A stretch of DNA of 63,985 nt from Octopus bimaculoides (GCF_001194135.2 NC_068990.1:61505252-61569236), one strand, 5' to 3'. Positions 47,471 to 61,472 are shown, numbered from the stretch's first letter. Translations and numbers: made by a program. The notes: generated from the sequence alone by a model not told the origin.

Positions 47471-47699
47471 TCCCTTCCTGAGAAAAAATTCTAGAATAAA
47501 AGCCTGACGAAATGGCTTAGTTACGAACTATTTTTATCCTTTGTCTTTTACTCGTTTCACCCATTGGGATGTGACCATGTTGGGGTACCACCTTGAAGAG
47601 TTTAGTTGTTCAATTCGATCCCAGTTCTGAAGACGTGAACAAACCAACACCAGTTGTCAAATGATGGTGGTGTGCTTTCTTTTATGATCTGGTTAAATT

Positions 47700-49690
47700 C
47701 TTGGGGTGTTTATATATGCATGTGGTATGTGTAGGGATACAATATGTGTGGGAGGGGTGGAGAATGGTCTATACGGTGGCTGTCTGCCGAGTTAGGGCGT
47801 GTGTGTTTGTGTATGTCCTGGTCAAACTCTTTGCCGGAGTCCTAGGTATTGGTGGGGGAAGGGCCGAAGCTGGGGGACTGGTGATTACAGTCACGATGGT
47901 GCACACAGGTATGATAGGGTGTACTTCTTTTCATATGGGCAAGGATTAAAAATTTCATTTCTGCTGTTCAGATAGATACTTAGGTGCTGGGAGGTCTTTA
48001 ATATCGTTCTTTTCTCAACCAATCTACACTTTCTGCTGCTATTGAAGTACGCTTTACATTTCTCTAGAATCCTCGACTTTATTCTGTACTTGGTGGCACT
48101 TTCTTTCTACGACCATACATGCTTGGTCGAGGTTGTGAACTTACGTCTCTCTGGGATGTTGAAGGAGGACATGTGGTTGTTATAGGAGGTTCTGAAGGGA
48201 CCTTCAGTTTCCCCCACGTACTTTCGCCCGTTTGGTTGCCCATTTAGTCCTATTGTTGTTAACTCTGCCTCGAATACGACGATTTCCACGTTACAGTGGC
48301 CTTTCAGTGGACATGTTGTGTTAACCCTGCACGAGCATTCTGCCTCTGTCTCAGGTGTGGGCCTACCTACTAAAATCTATTTCCCACTGGATGCACACCT
48401 AAAGGAAACTCTCAGAGTGGGCTTATTAATTATTTTACTGAATCTATTTGTATGAGGAAAGTGTTTGTCTACTAAGCTAAGTAAAATCTTAGCTACTCGA
48501 GTTTTAACACTTAAAGAGAAGAGCGGTGTGAACCACAACACTTTCTGGTGGCGTTTTCTCATGGAGGGGTTTGGGTCTGGCATATAACTAATTCGTTTCT
48601 TGAAACCGCTTGTGGCCAGAGACTCATTATAGCATGGGGTGGGCAGCACCAAAAATCCCTTTGTTTGAAGAAAAGTTGGAGATTCTTTGTACTGACGCCC
48701 TTTACCAGGTTCTTGAAAACTGTGACTGGATGACAGGGACCTGTGTTGATATATGATAGCTTCTCATTTGGCTTCTTAAAAGGCATGTTGGGACCAGATT
48801 CGAAGTCTAGGGTCATATCAAGGAAATCCACCGTTTTCAGGTTGGTTTTTACCATGGCCTTCCATCCAAGGGAATTCATAGTGCTGATGAGGTCCTTTCT
48901 AAGCTTGTCAAGTGTGTGGCTATTGCCAACTCTTGATATTGCCTGCATGTCTTCCCTGTAGAGGCCAAAACTAGTGGAAGGGAACTTCTTTTTGAGTAAA
49001 TCTAGGATGAAGATTTACTCAAAATGAAATGGTGGCCACAGTCGAAGCGGACAAGGCGGACTAGGCCAGAATGAACAGAGAAATGTTAGCAGTTTTGTCA
49101 TTAGGACTGGTTAGAAACATTGGAGGTGTGTAATGTCAGTCGTAATTTGGAGTAATTTAAATTATTACTATTAAGTATGAGAGATAATATTATCTTAGTA
49201 TGAGGAACAGTTTTAAATAGTAGGAGGATAGATATCAGTTGTCTTGATATTAAGACTGGTTAAAGACATTGGAACAAGAGATGTGAGTCATATTTAGAAA
49301 CATTAAGAGCTAGGTAATTAAGACTAATTAAGACCAAGAGATATGAGAAATGACAGTAATCTTAGAACTAGGTAAAGATATTAAGAATCAGAGATGCCAA
49401 TTGGCTTAGTATTAGAGTGAATGACAGCAATAGTCTTGGGCAGTTTTGTTCACTCTGATAAAGACTTCACTTAATTTGGCAGTTGCTGCAAGGTTTGTTT
49501 TCTGTAGTTGATCTCATTCTTTGGCATACAAAAGCTGGTATAAATTTTATGAGCCAACAAGGGAGTTCTTCATGTTGTTTTTTGTCCTACTAGAAAAACC
49601 AATCAAATCTGCCTCAAATCAAACCCTTGCTACTTTATTAAGGTTACCTCCATTAGAGTTTACACATGCAGTAGACAGGAACATACTGTT
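47700..49690 (-). mobile_element. Decayed Penelope-like element (RT C-terminal part and GIY-YIG endonuclease)
   Basis: Minus strand: GLYRED...VDFLDMTLD...KKPNEKLSYIN; CSCRVNTTCPLKGHC...KYVGETEGPF...NH; LNSRNEIFNPCPYE. The RT core is replaced by unrelated sequence at about 49020-49440. Confidence 0.85.
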
Positions 49691-49759
49691 ATATCAATAT
49701 AATACTAATTAGAATATAATGATAATAAGAAGAATCTAATTAATCATAATAATAGCATA

Positions 49760-50871
49760 TGTAAGGGACGACCGTGCGAACTCATAAAAGGAGAAATGGT
49801 GACGAATGGAAAAACAAAGGACTCCTTTTATTTAAACGTGTCACACGGTCGAACACAAAAATATATATCAATTTATGATATAGATGATATGTTATGCGAC
49901 GATAACATAGATGACCAGTAATGAAAGACCACAACCGTATTAGATGAATAACAGAGATATTTATTATGGCGTTAAAGATGTATGTCTGTGTGTGAGTGTG
50001 AATGCGACATATAAGAACATAATCAAAGACAGGCCGTCATACAATGAAAAGTGTGTATGTGAGTGATACATGTGTGTATGAGAAATATTACAGCAGAGAA
50101 AAAGAGAGTCAATAACACGTGAANNNNNNNNNNNNNNNNNNNNNNNNNNNNNNNNNNNNNNNNNNNNNNNNNNNNNNNNNNNNNNNNNNNNNNNNNNNNN
50201 NNNNNNNNNNNNNNNNNNNNNNNNNNNNNNNNNNNNNNNNNNNNNNNNNNNNNNNNNNNNNNNNNNNNNNNNNNNNNNNNNNNNNNNNNNNNNNNNNNNN
50301 NNNNNNNNNNNNNNNNNNNNNNNNNNNNNNNNNNNNNNNNNNNNNNNNNNNNNNNNNNNNNNNNNNNNNNNNNNNNNNNNNNNNNNNNNNNNNNNNNNNN
50401 NNNNNNNNNNNNNNNNNNNNNNNNNNNNNNNNNNNNNNNNNNNNNNNNNNNNNNNNNNNNNNNNNNNNNNNNNNNNNNNNNNNNNNNNNNNNNNNNNNNN
50501 NNNNNNNNNNNNNNNNNNNNNNNNNNNNNNNNNNNNNNNGCTGCTGTCGTGTGGTACACGGAACAGTTCTCAAAGAGAAACTGGACCGAGACAAATTTGT
50601 CCGCCGAGTTAAAGCTATTTATAACAAACTATTGGCTCACCAGATGGTAGAAATATACTCTATCACGTGACCTTATTAGGGGCCGTGATTGGTCAGTTTG
50701 CGTTCTGGCGGGAAAGGTTCGAAGAAGTTGCCGATTCGAATAATAATCAGTCACGTGATGACAAGGAATGGGTCCTCTACTACGCTCGCATTTATTTATA
50801 TTTAAATGAGAAGATTGTATGTAATGGCGATAGTAGTTTTGTATCTAGTGACGATAGGTAGTTTCACTACA
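49760..50871 (-). mobile_element. Solo LTR, copy 2 (central gap), 4-bp TSD CATA
   Basis: TGTAAGGGAC...TTCACTACA; CATA at 49756-49759 and 50872-50875; homologous to 36265-37414. Confidence 0.85.
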
Positions 50872-51094
50872 CATATATGAGTGTTCAGGTTTTGGAATTT
50901 TTTCTGAACAACCTATACAAATGAATTTTTTATAGTGATCAAATGAATGTGCTGTACAGTAACTCACTCCCTCCATCAAATCGATGTTGCCTGAACAGTT
51001 GTATGGTGCACCATGCATCAGATATTGAAATGATCACACAGCAAAGTGAGATGAAGTGTTTTGCTCAAGAAGCCAATGCACCACCCGGTCTTGG

Positions 51095-51142
<48 letters not shown>

Positions 51143-51148
51143 GTTAAT

Positions 51149-51689
51149 GCCCTGATACAGTACCAGGCAGTGGCTCTCATGACTTCTGATCTTAACTGAT
51201 TGGAAGTGTTATCATGTACATGTTTTGTCTTGGTATAAAAAGATGGGCTACAGCAAATATTCTATTCAATACTACAGATTTGTTTGTCAGTTGCTTGACC
51301 TTAACCAGTTGAGCACATCACTAAGTGGCTGATGTTACATGCGTCTCTGATCACGAGCAAAAGTAGTGGAGGAACATCATAGCCATATGCTGATTGGGAT
51401 TCTTTGAGGTTTGAATAATTCACCTCTGGCAACATGGGCATTTCATTCAGCATCTTTAACAAGCCTTAGTCAGGGACCTTTTGAGCAGGATGGGCTACTC
51501 AACCTGAAGAAGATTCTAACATGGTCCCACCCGCAATATCATGTACTATTTATCTTGATATGAAATCACCATGTCACACACATTTGGTTATGATGCATGT
51601 GCCTGGTGTACCCTTAACAGACAGGTATATTGGGCTTCGTATATTTGTACTCCCGTGTCACTTTGATGGCATGCACTGCTCTCTCATTC
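51149..51689. mobile_element. (AAT)n-flanked interspersed repeat, copy 2
   Basis: Homologous to 13199-13709; AAT tracts on both sides. Confidence 0.85.
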
Positions 51690-51704
51690 AATAATAATAA
51701 TAAT

Positions 51705-51920
51705 AATCCTTTCTACTCAGGACAAGGCCTGAAATTTGTGGGGAGTGAATAAGTCGATCACATCGATCCCAGTACATGACTGGTGCTTAATTTATCGACT
51801 CCTTAAAGAATGAAAGGTAAATTCAACCTTGGCAGAACTTGAACTCAAAACGTAGCAGTGAGTGAAATACCGCTAAGCATTTTGTCCAGCATGCTAATGA
51901 TTCTGCCAGTTCGCTGCCTT
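51705..51920 (-). mobile_element. SINE family A copy
   Basis: GAACTTGAACTCAAAACGTAG...GAAATACCGCTAAGCATTTTGTCC...TCTGCCAGTTCGCTGCCTT. Confidence 0.8.
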
Positions 51921-52815
51921 GATAATAATAATAATAAATAATAATAATAATATTAATAATAACAACAATAATAACAATAATAATAATTATAATAATAATA
52001 ATAGTGATAGCAGTAATAACAACAAACCCATCTAAATTATCCATATCTATTACAACTTTATACATTACCAATTCTTATATTTTCATTTCCACATGAACAT
52101 TTTTTCGTATCTATAACATTGTTGAAAAATTAACAATTTATATAAGTTTTTACATCTGTGTTGTTGTCACTGTAGTGACATTTTGGTATGGAGATTATTT
52201 TCATATTTTAATTAGTTCAAAGGCTGAACTTTTCTACTACCCATTTTTTATTTTCTTTATTCAAACCAATCAAATATCCTGATTAATTATATTGAAATTT
52301 TTTGTTTTAAACTTTGTTTTTTTAAAGTAATAAAATATTTGTTTATTCAAACTGAGTTGATTGGAAATTTGGACAATTGAATCCTATCCTTTCACTAAAG
52401 CAAAAGTTGTTGTTGTTGTTGTTGTTGTTGTTTGTTATAATGAACAACAGGTTTTTTTGTTTGTTCTTTTTTCATGAGAAAGACAAGGTGGGGAGGTAGT
52501 CTTTTATTGTAGCTTTTCTTTTTTGGAATAGTTAAAATGTAAAACGGTATTTTAAAATATGGTTTGACCTCCTTTAAGTAAATTATTGAATTTTTGAAGA
52601 ATGTTTCTCCCTTCATAAGTGACATTCCTCTGGGGTTGCGACAGTATGTTAGAGTCTGTATGGAGTTGAGAATATGGGAGCAAGTAAAAATATGAATTGT
52701 AATAGTGGCATCATTCAGAAGCTTGTTTGGTAACCCTATGGTTTGGGTTCATTTCCACAATGTGGCACCTTGGGCAAGTTTCATCTACTATAGCCCCAAG
52801 ATGTGAGTGAATTTG

Positions 52816-52858
<43 letters not shown>

Positions 52859-53293
52859 CACACATACATATATATACATACATACATACATATATATATA
52901 CATACATACATACATATATATATATATATATNNNNNNNNNNNNNNNNNNNNNNNNNNNNNNNNNNNNNNNNNNNNNNNNNNNNNNNNNNNNNNNNNNNNN
53001 NNNNNNNNNNNNNNNNNNNNNNNNNNNNNNNNNNNNNNNNNNNNNNNNNNNNNNNNNNNNNNNNNNNNNNNNNNNNNNNNNNNNNNNNNNNNNNNNNNNN
53101 NNNNNNNNNNNNNNNNNNNNNNNNNNNNNNNNNNNNNNNNNNNNNNNNNNNNNNNNNNNNNNNNNNNNNNNNNNNNNNNNNNNNNNNNNNNNNNNNNNNN
53201 NNNNNNNNNNNNNNNNNNNNNNNNNNNNNNNNNNNNNNNNNNNNNNNNNNNNNNNNNNNNNNNNNNNNNNNNNNNNNNNNNNNNNNNNNNNNN

Positions 53294-53334
<41 letters not shown>

Positions 53335-53337
53335 GCA

Positions 53338-53371
<34 letters not shown>

Positions 53372-53392
53372 CACATACATACATGTATCTGA

Positions 53393-53925
53393 AGGCACAT
53401 GCCTTAGTGGTTAGGGTAATCAGCTTGTGACCGTTAGGTCATAAGTTCAGTTTCCTGCAATTCATTGTGACTTTGAGCAAGACACTTTATTTCATATTAC
53501 TCCAGTCCACTCAGCTGGCAAAAATGAGTTGTACTTGAAATTCAAAGGGCCAGGCTTGTTACATTCTGTATCATGCTGAATCTCCCTGAGAACTACATTG
53601 AGTGTACACGTGTCTGTGGGGTGCCACTTGTATGTTAATTACATGAGCAGGCTGTTCTGTTGATTAAATTAACTGAAACTCTCATTGTCATAACCAACAG
53701 AGTGTCTGTTATACACACACATGTGTCTGTGTGTGTGTGTGTATGAAACTTGCACTCCCTTGGTTACGATGACAAGGGTTCCAGTTGACCTGATCAATGG
53801 AACAGGCTGCCCATGAAATTAATGTGCAAGTCCCCAAACATGTGTACCCTTAACGGAGTGACAAGGCCGGCCCTTTAAAATAAAGGTACAACACATTTTT
53901 TGCCAGTTTAGTGGACTGGAATAAC
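53393..53925 (+). mobile_element. SINE family C copy
   Basis: GAAGGCACATGCCTTAGTGGTTAGGG head; TTGAGCAAGACACTTTATTTCA and CACTCAGCTGG core shared with 21027-21362. Confidence 0.75.
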
Positions 53926-55600
53926 CACTAAACCACACATACTTCATACAGTGGCCAGTTAGTCAGAAAACGCCAGAATATTTAGGAAACTTGGATGTTT
54001 TTAATGCACTGCATCACTGTTGAATATGTATTTCTTTGTGGCAAAGTGCAATGCATGTCCCTAATGCAGCCATCGCTGTTTTACCCCTATAGCATCTAAA
54101 CCAGAAATATCCAGCCAGGATTTTCTATCTGTTTTATGTTCAAACCGACCAGATCCAAGCTCTCATACCTATCCCACAATGTTATTCTACATTAAATAAT
54201 CACTTTATCAAAATCTCAAGGATATGCATGATTAATTCAAAACAATGTGAATCAATAAGCATTTCAACTGATAGAATAACCAGAACACTAAAGGGTTAAA
54301 ACAATTTTAATGCTTGTTTTTGTTGGGGTTTTTTTTAAATAAAACTTCTGAAAAGCTGATGATATTCTGTAACATTTTTAGGGCCTTATTCAGTGTGCTG
54401 TAGACTGAAAAAAATTGGAACTCAAAGACAAGCTAGAAATACCAGGCAAATCTTCCCTAAATCGTTCCTCGCCATCTTAAACAGAGATCACATCAGATGA
54501 TGTAGTTCTGCTTACACTTTTAAACAACCTTTTTGCTCTACAGACTGGTCTCATGCAAGACAAGTTTTCTCAGGATCAGAGAACCATATGCAATAACAAA
54601 AACAAATTCAAATGCATAGTACATAATTTAATTATTACGTGGTGCCCCAGCATGGCCACCGTCTAATGACTGAAACAAGTAAAAGATAAAAGACATAATA
54701 CATATACATTACTTATATAATAAATATATAATGTAAAAACACACAGCAACTGCACTACACCCTTTAAAGGTCATGGGTTGGAATGTCTTTGAACATAGAT
54801 TTGCTGAGTCAGGGCTGACCTGGGGTTAAACAGCAGTAGAAACAAAAAAACAATAATAAAAAATGAAAACTAAAATAATGAAATAACAACTACCATACTG
54901 TCAGCATAACCAGCTTCTGCACTGGCAGCAGTAGCTGCAGTGATACAAGAAGTATATATATGTGACAAGAGCAACAACAACAACAACAACAAAAATAGCA
55001 ATGTGGATACCTCTCCATGGTCACTTAGCCTGCTAGAAATAGCAACCAATTAATGCTCTATGGAACTAATACTTTTTCTACTTACATAAAAAGAGAAAAA
55101 GAACATTGGGTATTGTAGGCATAGATACACCATGCCTGAAGAAATGACAATGATGTTTATAGTTAGATTGGTTTGATCAGTAAGATCAACAACAAGAAGA
55201 CCTGTTGAGAGAAGTTTGGGAGATCTAAAAATGAACGTCAGGCTAATATAATTGAATTATAAAGTAATAAGGTAGCCTCTACATTGAAACAGCAGTGAAA
55301 ATTCTCTCAAATTACAACATACTGTCTTAAAAATATAACATACATAGGCACAGCTGTGGCTGTGTGGTAAGAAGCTTGCTCCCCAATTGCATGGTTGCAG
55401 GTTCAGTCCCACTGCATGGCACCATTGGAAAGTTACTTCTGCCTTAGCCTTGAGCTGACCAATGCTTTGTGAATGGATTTGGTAGATGAAACTGAATATA
55501 CTGTAATATGATGAACTTTGTTCATCATATTACAGTTCCCAATATTACAGCATCATCTGGAATCAGGTGGAGAAGGAAAAACAGATCCAAGACTATTTAT

Positions 55601-56275
55601 TAGCAGTAGAGGCAGTATTAATACCAAGAGGTAATATTTATCCCTACTTAAAAGTGGATGTTCTAGAATAAGCTATACTTTTGTAGCTACCATGAGAGAA
55701 ACTCTCATATTGGCTTTTGGTTCAAGTGCCCTCTTGTTTATATTGCTAGCAAGGAGTTAAATCCCCACCACCTCCAGTGCTGAGATCACCAGATCACATT
55801 GTTTCGACCTTACTTAGCCTTGTCAATGATGGACACTCAACTGTTAGAGATAGCAGCAATTCATCTCCCCACCAGCAATATATAGAAGAACAGTGTCAGA
55901 ACTGGTGCTGGTGTTGCGATTAGTCAGTGAACTTGTTAAAAAATATGTTTTTGCAACAGAAGCAGTATCAATACCAAAAGGTAATATTTATCCCCACTTA
56001 AACATGAATGTTCTGTTAGAACAAATTATACTGTAGTAGATAGCATGAGATAAACTCCCATACTGGCTTTTGGTACAAAATACACTCTTGTTTATATCGC
56101 TAGAGAAGTGATAACTCCCACTAGATCACATGATTTTGTCTTTCTTTGGTCTGGTCAGTGATGGATGCTCAACCACAAGAAACAGCAGTAACTCATTTCC
56201 TCAATAGTGATATATAAAATGACAGTGCTAGAACAGGCACTGGCATTGTGATTAGCCACTGAGTTAATCTAAGAC
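55601..56275. repeat. Old tandem duplication, period about 350 bp, two diverged units
   Basis: GCAGTA(T/C)(T/C)AATACCAA(G/A)AGGTAATATTTATCCC at about 55612 and 55962; collinear similarity through GATTAG(T/C)CA. Confidence 0.8.
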
Positions 56276-57069
56276 TTTGCTAGATGTTACATGAAACAGA
56301 GACTTCAGCATCCAGACAGCTGCACAAATGGGACATGATCACAAAAACTCCTCTCGGTCATGCTACAAGTTCCAACTGTAATGATCTTATCAGGCATTGT
56401 ATTTCTAGAACTATATCAGCTAATGTGTCTTTTCTCTAATCATGTAAGAAGAAAATGGTATCAAAGAGAAAGGAAGCATTTAATTGAAAGATTGAAATGA
56501 CTGGTAGGCCTGCAATTTGTTCTTCTAAGCCATAAAACTTCTTTAGTTAGAAAAGCTCTCACAGAGTAGGTGTTAGCATTCACTCTTGGTACATCTTGGT
56601 TTATCTTGGTTGGAGTTATGTAAGCATAATGCGAAGTGCAATATCTACCAAGCTTCTTGTATGATGGGCTAGCTTTGTTATGCTGTTTGTGGTACATTTT
56701 CCCCACAGTATAACCCTTAAATTTCAGCTGTCAAATGTGAGAATAATGAACTGGGATCACTACCCTTAGTTGAGTATCTAGACTTGCATTCAAACAGAGA
56801 TTATAGCTAGCATATGCAACCCTCTCTAGTAGACTTTGAGTTTGAGAATTATGACTAAAACTATGTCTAAGCAATAATGTAGTCTGTTTATCAAAGAATT
56901 TACAAGAAATTAGAGCACTGTAGTTATCCAGTGTGTATTATGTAAACTCACAAGTGACATTTTTTTTAACAAAAGAAGAAAAGGAAGGCTGGGAAGTGCA
57001 CAAAAAACTACATTCAAATTATCAATCAAACTTTACTTTGAGCTTTAAATTCACAGCATGTGCATTGGA

Positions 57070-57118
<49 letters not shown>

Positions 57119-57654
57119 CAGTCAATGAGTATTTTGAACAAGTTGGTCATGTCATATCATGGTTCATTATGGAAATCAAAATTGTAAACAAATACTTAGT
57201 GATGATGTCAATCACAAAACTAAATGCAATTGCTCAACCTTAATTAGATTCACAAATGCAGCTGTGACAATATAAAGTCTCAAGAATTTGTATATACACA
57301 CCATTCATGTATGTAATATACATACATACATACATACATACATGCATATGCACTCACTGTTCTATAGACTGACTACAATCTTAAATTCCATTAGATGTTG
57401 CTTATATTGTCAGCCAATCAGGAACAGTGATTTAAAAGTACACATTAGTTTGAAAGATTATAGATATCCATTGCTATGATATCTAGAGTTTTCAGATTTT
57501 ACTAGGCTGTATTAGCAATAAATGGGATTTTTTCAGCTAAATGTTTTTACTATTTAAACACAGCTGCAAGCAGAGTTACAAGTAATAGTCAAGCAGAGCA
57601 ACATTTGTTCTATGGATAGGTCAAAGGCTGAAACCAAAATATTATAAATTTAGC

Positions 57655-58035
57655 ATAGGCATGGCTGTGTGGTAAGAAGCTTACTTCCCTACTACATGGT
57701 TCTGGGTTCAGTCCCACTGCATGGCACCTTGGGAAAGTATCTTCGAATTGTCTCGGGCCAACCAAATCCTTGTGAGTGGATTTGATAGAAGGAAACTGAA
57801 AGAAGCCCAACGTATATGTGTACGTGTGTCCTTATGTCTGTGTGTCTCCCACCACTGTTTGACAATTGGTGTTGGTTTGTTTATGTGCCCATAACTTAGC
57901 AGTTCAGTAAAAGAGATTGATAGAACAAGTGCCAAGGATTTTAAAGTTAAAAGCCCTGGGGTCAATTCATTTGACTAAAAATTCTTTGAGACAGTGCCCA
58001 GCATGGCTGCAGTCTATTGACTGAAATTAATAAAA
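57655..58035 (+). mobile_element. SINE family B, full length
   Basis: GGCTGTGTGGTAAGAAGCTT...GGGTTCAGTCCCACTGCATGGCACC head; CCCAGCATGGCTGCAGTC tail. Confidence 0.85.
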
Positions 58036-58239
58036 AAAATATACAAGATTAGCTACTAATGTAACTTATATTTAAGTATGTAAAATACATCTGGGGCTCC
58101 AGCATGGTCTTAGCCATGATGATTATTAAATAAACTAAAGAACTAAAGATCATATCATTAGACTGTAAGCTTTTTAGGAACATTACAGTGAAACAAAGTT
58201 CAAAAAAAAATTTCTCTCCATTACAAAAACCTGATGGCA

Positions 58240-58248
58240 GTCTTTCTT

Positions 58249-58344
<96 letters not shown>

Positions 58345-58345
58345 T
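58240..58345. repeat. (CTTT)n microsatellite
   Basis: Direct reading. Confidence 0.95.
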
Positions 58346-58614
58346 GGTGCCTATAATTGAGGTGGTTAATTACATCAACTAGATGTTGTAGAGAAGAGTA
58401 ATTTGTGCAGAATAAAGAGCAGCAACAATTTGGTGGGATGCCCCTGTTCGACCCTAATCTATCTTATTTATCTATTTAATTATTTTCCAATATTGATTTA
58501 AAAAAGAAAAAAAAAATTGCATGTACATTATATTTTATATTCGCTATGTAAAATTATGGTCTGTGTTCGTTACAATCCTTCTAATAAAAAAAATATCATT
58601 TGTCGTAGTCATCA

Positions 58615-58895
58615 AATAGTTGTCATGATGATGATGATCATCATCATCATCATCATTACCATCATCATTGTCATCATTGTCATTGCCATTGTCAGCGTCT
58701 TCCTCCACATCATCCTCATCATTGTTGTCATTGTCAACATCATCATCATCACCACCACCACCGCCACTGCCGCTGCCACCACCACCATCATCGTCATTGT
58801 CATCGTCATTCTCATCAGAATCGTCATCATCTTCATCATCATCATCATCATCATCAACGTTGTCGTCATCATCATCATCATTGTCATCATCAGTC
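58615..58895. repeat. Degenerate (CAT)n/(CAC)n microsatellite
   Basis: Direct reading. Confidence 0.9.
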
Positions 58896-59950
58896 AATAA
58901 TATTATTGTTAGTGTTTATAGGGTATTAAAACGGAAGATCTTGTACAACACTCTAAACAAATTGTCCCACAAATTTTGTCACAGAACAATGTTTTCAATG
59001 AATTTCTTCTTATTTTAATAGTTAAAGTTTTTTATTACAGATTTTATTTGAAGATATCAAAGGCTAAACTCTGTATTGAGAACATGTAACAAAAACTTGC
59101 TATTCATTGGAGTTGAGAGAAAAATAAAACTAAAAGAAAAGAAAAAAGACTTAATTAATAGGATGAATTTTGCTAAGATATAACAACTATTTTTCAATTT
59201 GTCACTTCATTCAATCAGTTTCTGACTAGCTTAGAATCTTTGTAAAAGATTAAATATTTACTATAAGAAAATTAAATTAGCTCTTAAACAAGGCTTTAGG
59301 CTTCATGAAATACGATAATGCTATTAACTAATTCTAAATCTGATGCCAAAAGCTATCTGAAATTGAAAAACATACCATGTGATTCATATATTTGAATTTA
59401 CTTTTTATATTTATAAAAGAAAAAAAAAAAAAAGAAAGAATTCTTTGCATTTAAAACAAGCCTTTAGCAAAAGCTGAAGATTATAGACTCTTCTAGAAGA
59501 GTGTTATTAGTATGAAAATAAAAGGATATCTTGTTGTCAGATAATAATATATAACTAAATTTTCTCTTTGTGTTTAGTCATATTGTTTTGCATTTATCTT
59601 CAAACTCTGTAATTATAGTATGTTGTAACTGGAATTTCTGAAATAAAAGAATATAGAAATATTTCACTGAAATAAATTATTATTATTGTCAATTATCTTA
59701 TGTTGCACCAACCGATTTGACTTCAGCTTAATTATTTATGAAATGTTTTGATAGAAAAAACATCACTCCACACTAAATTGTTTCAAATCATTCTTTTGCA
59801 GAAAGTGATATGATATATGGTCTAAGTGGCAACATTGTACTGATTTTCAAATTAATATTTTTCTTTAATTAATATTTTTTAATTACACGATATGTTTCAT
59901 ATATATGTATGTGTGTGTGTGTGTGTATACATATACATACATTTATATAA

Positions 59951-60025
<75 letters not shown>

Positions 60026-61119
60026 TACACACGCACACGTTACTTTCAAGTTATTCATACCAATGTTGTTTACTGTTTCATTTTGTATGGCCTTATACCT
60101 AGTATTTTGTTACTGAAATGAGAATGAAATCTTTTGTATTACACTAAAGACAGTAAGACACTTCAAAGATAATATCTTTATCTCATATTTTCCATTGTAT
60201 TCTTCAAATATACAATATTTTATACTAATGTTATAAGAAATTAAAACAGAGCTTAGAATATTTTCTGTTTCTTTCTTTCTTTCTAAACTTTTATTAAACA
60301 TCACATTCAGATTTTTAAATTAATTCCTTTCTACACCATCTGTGCTTAAATTATATTATTAATCCTATAACTTTTCAAGTTCCAAATTAATTGCACTACT
60401 AATTTTACTCCACTCTGTATATTTCTGATCTTAGCTTATTAACAAAAAATGGCCCTTCTTCTCATAAAGAATGTTTCAAAAAATTCATAATATTATTCTA
60501 CTAGTTGTAAACGTATGTTTAACCATTGTACCTACTTATGGAACAAATTTGGAGACATAATCAAAATCATAACTGTAAGTTTATGCTTTAAACAAGCCCA
60601 AATATGGAACAAAATCAAAGACTTTGAATGCTTTAACAATGCTTTAACGAAACAAGTTCAAGTATTTTGCTTTGAACAACCTTGACAAACACATAAATTG
60701 AATATTAAACATAAGCAATCAAGCTCTACTGCTATGCTTTCAGCAACCATAACTATAGAAAATTGAACATATTAACAGAAATATTTAGTGTAATGAAATG
60801 AGTTTAAAGATATTATTTCCAAGAATGTTAACTATGGAACAATACTAAAGATACTTAAAATTTCAAAATCTTTAACTAAATAATGCAATGCTATGATAAA
60901 TATGAATTTATAAACAAGAACATTTATAAAACATGGGCTTTTTATGGATTCTCTTTATAAATAGGAATATGTTGGATCAGTTGAATGAAATCAGTAATTA
61001 TTGCTATTGGCATTATTTTGTCTCTTTAATAGTTACAAATTAATCAAACTTTGTGATAGACTGGCAGATGTTTCAAAGGGCAGCAACCATCTATCATAGA
61101 TTTATAAAACAGCTGCTGG

Positions 61120-61183
61120 GACATACAGACATACATACATGCATACATACATACATACTTGCATACATACATACATACATACA

Positions 61184-61217
<34 letters not shown>

Positions 61218-61436
61218 CATATATATACATATATATACATATATATACATATATATACATACATACATATATACATATATATACATATATATACATGCAT
61301 ACATACATACATACATACATATATACATATATATACATATACATACATATATATACATATATATATATATATATATTCACATACGCATATATATATATAA
61401 ATATATATATATATGCATACGCACACACACACATAC

Positions 61437-61472
<36 letters not shown>

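Noticed and set aside
36265-50871. The two LTR copies as ends of one 14.6-kb retrotransposon, or as a segmental duplication
   Set aside because: Each has its own distinct TSD on both sides, the flanks are unrelated, and there is no PBS, PPT or gag-pol between them.
58544-59018. Poly-Asp, poly-Ser/Pro and poly-Ile ORFs
   Set aside because: All frames of a (CAT)n tract are open; there is no splice or complexity evidence for coding.
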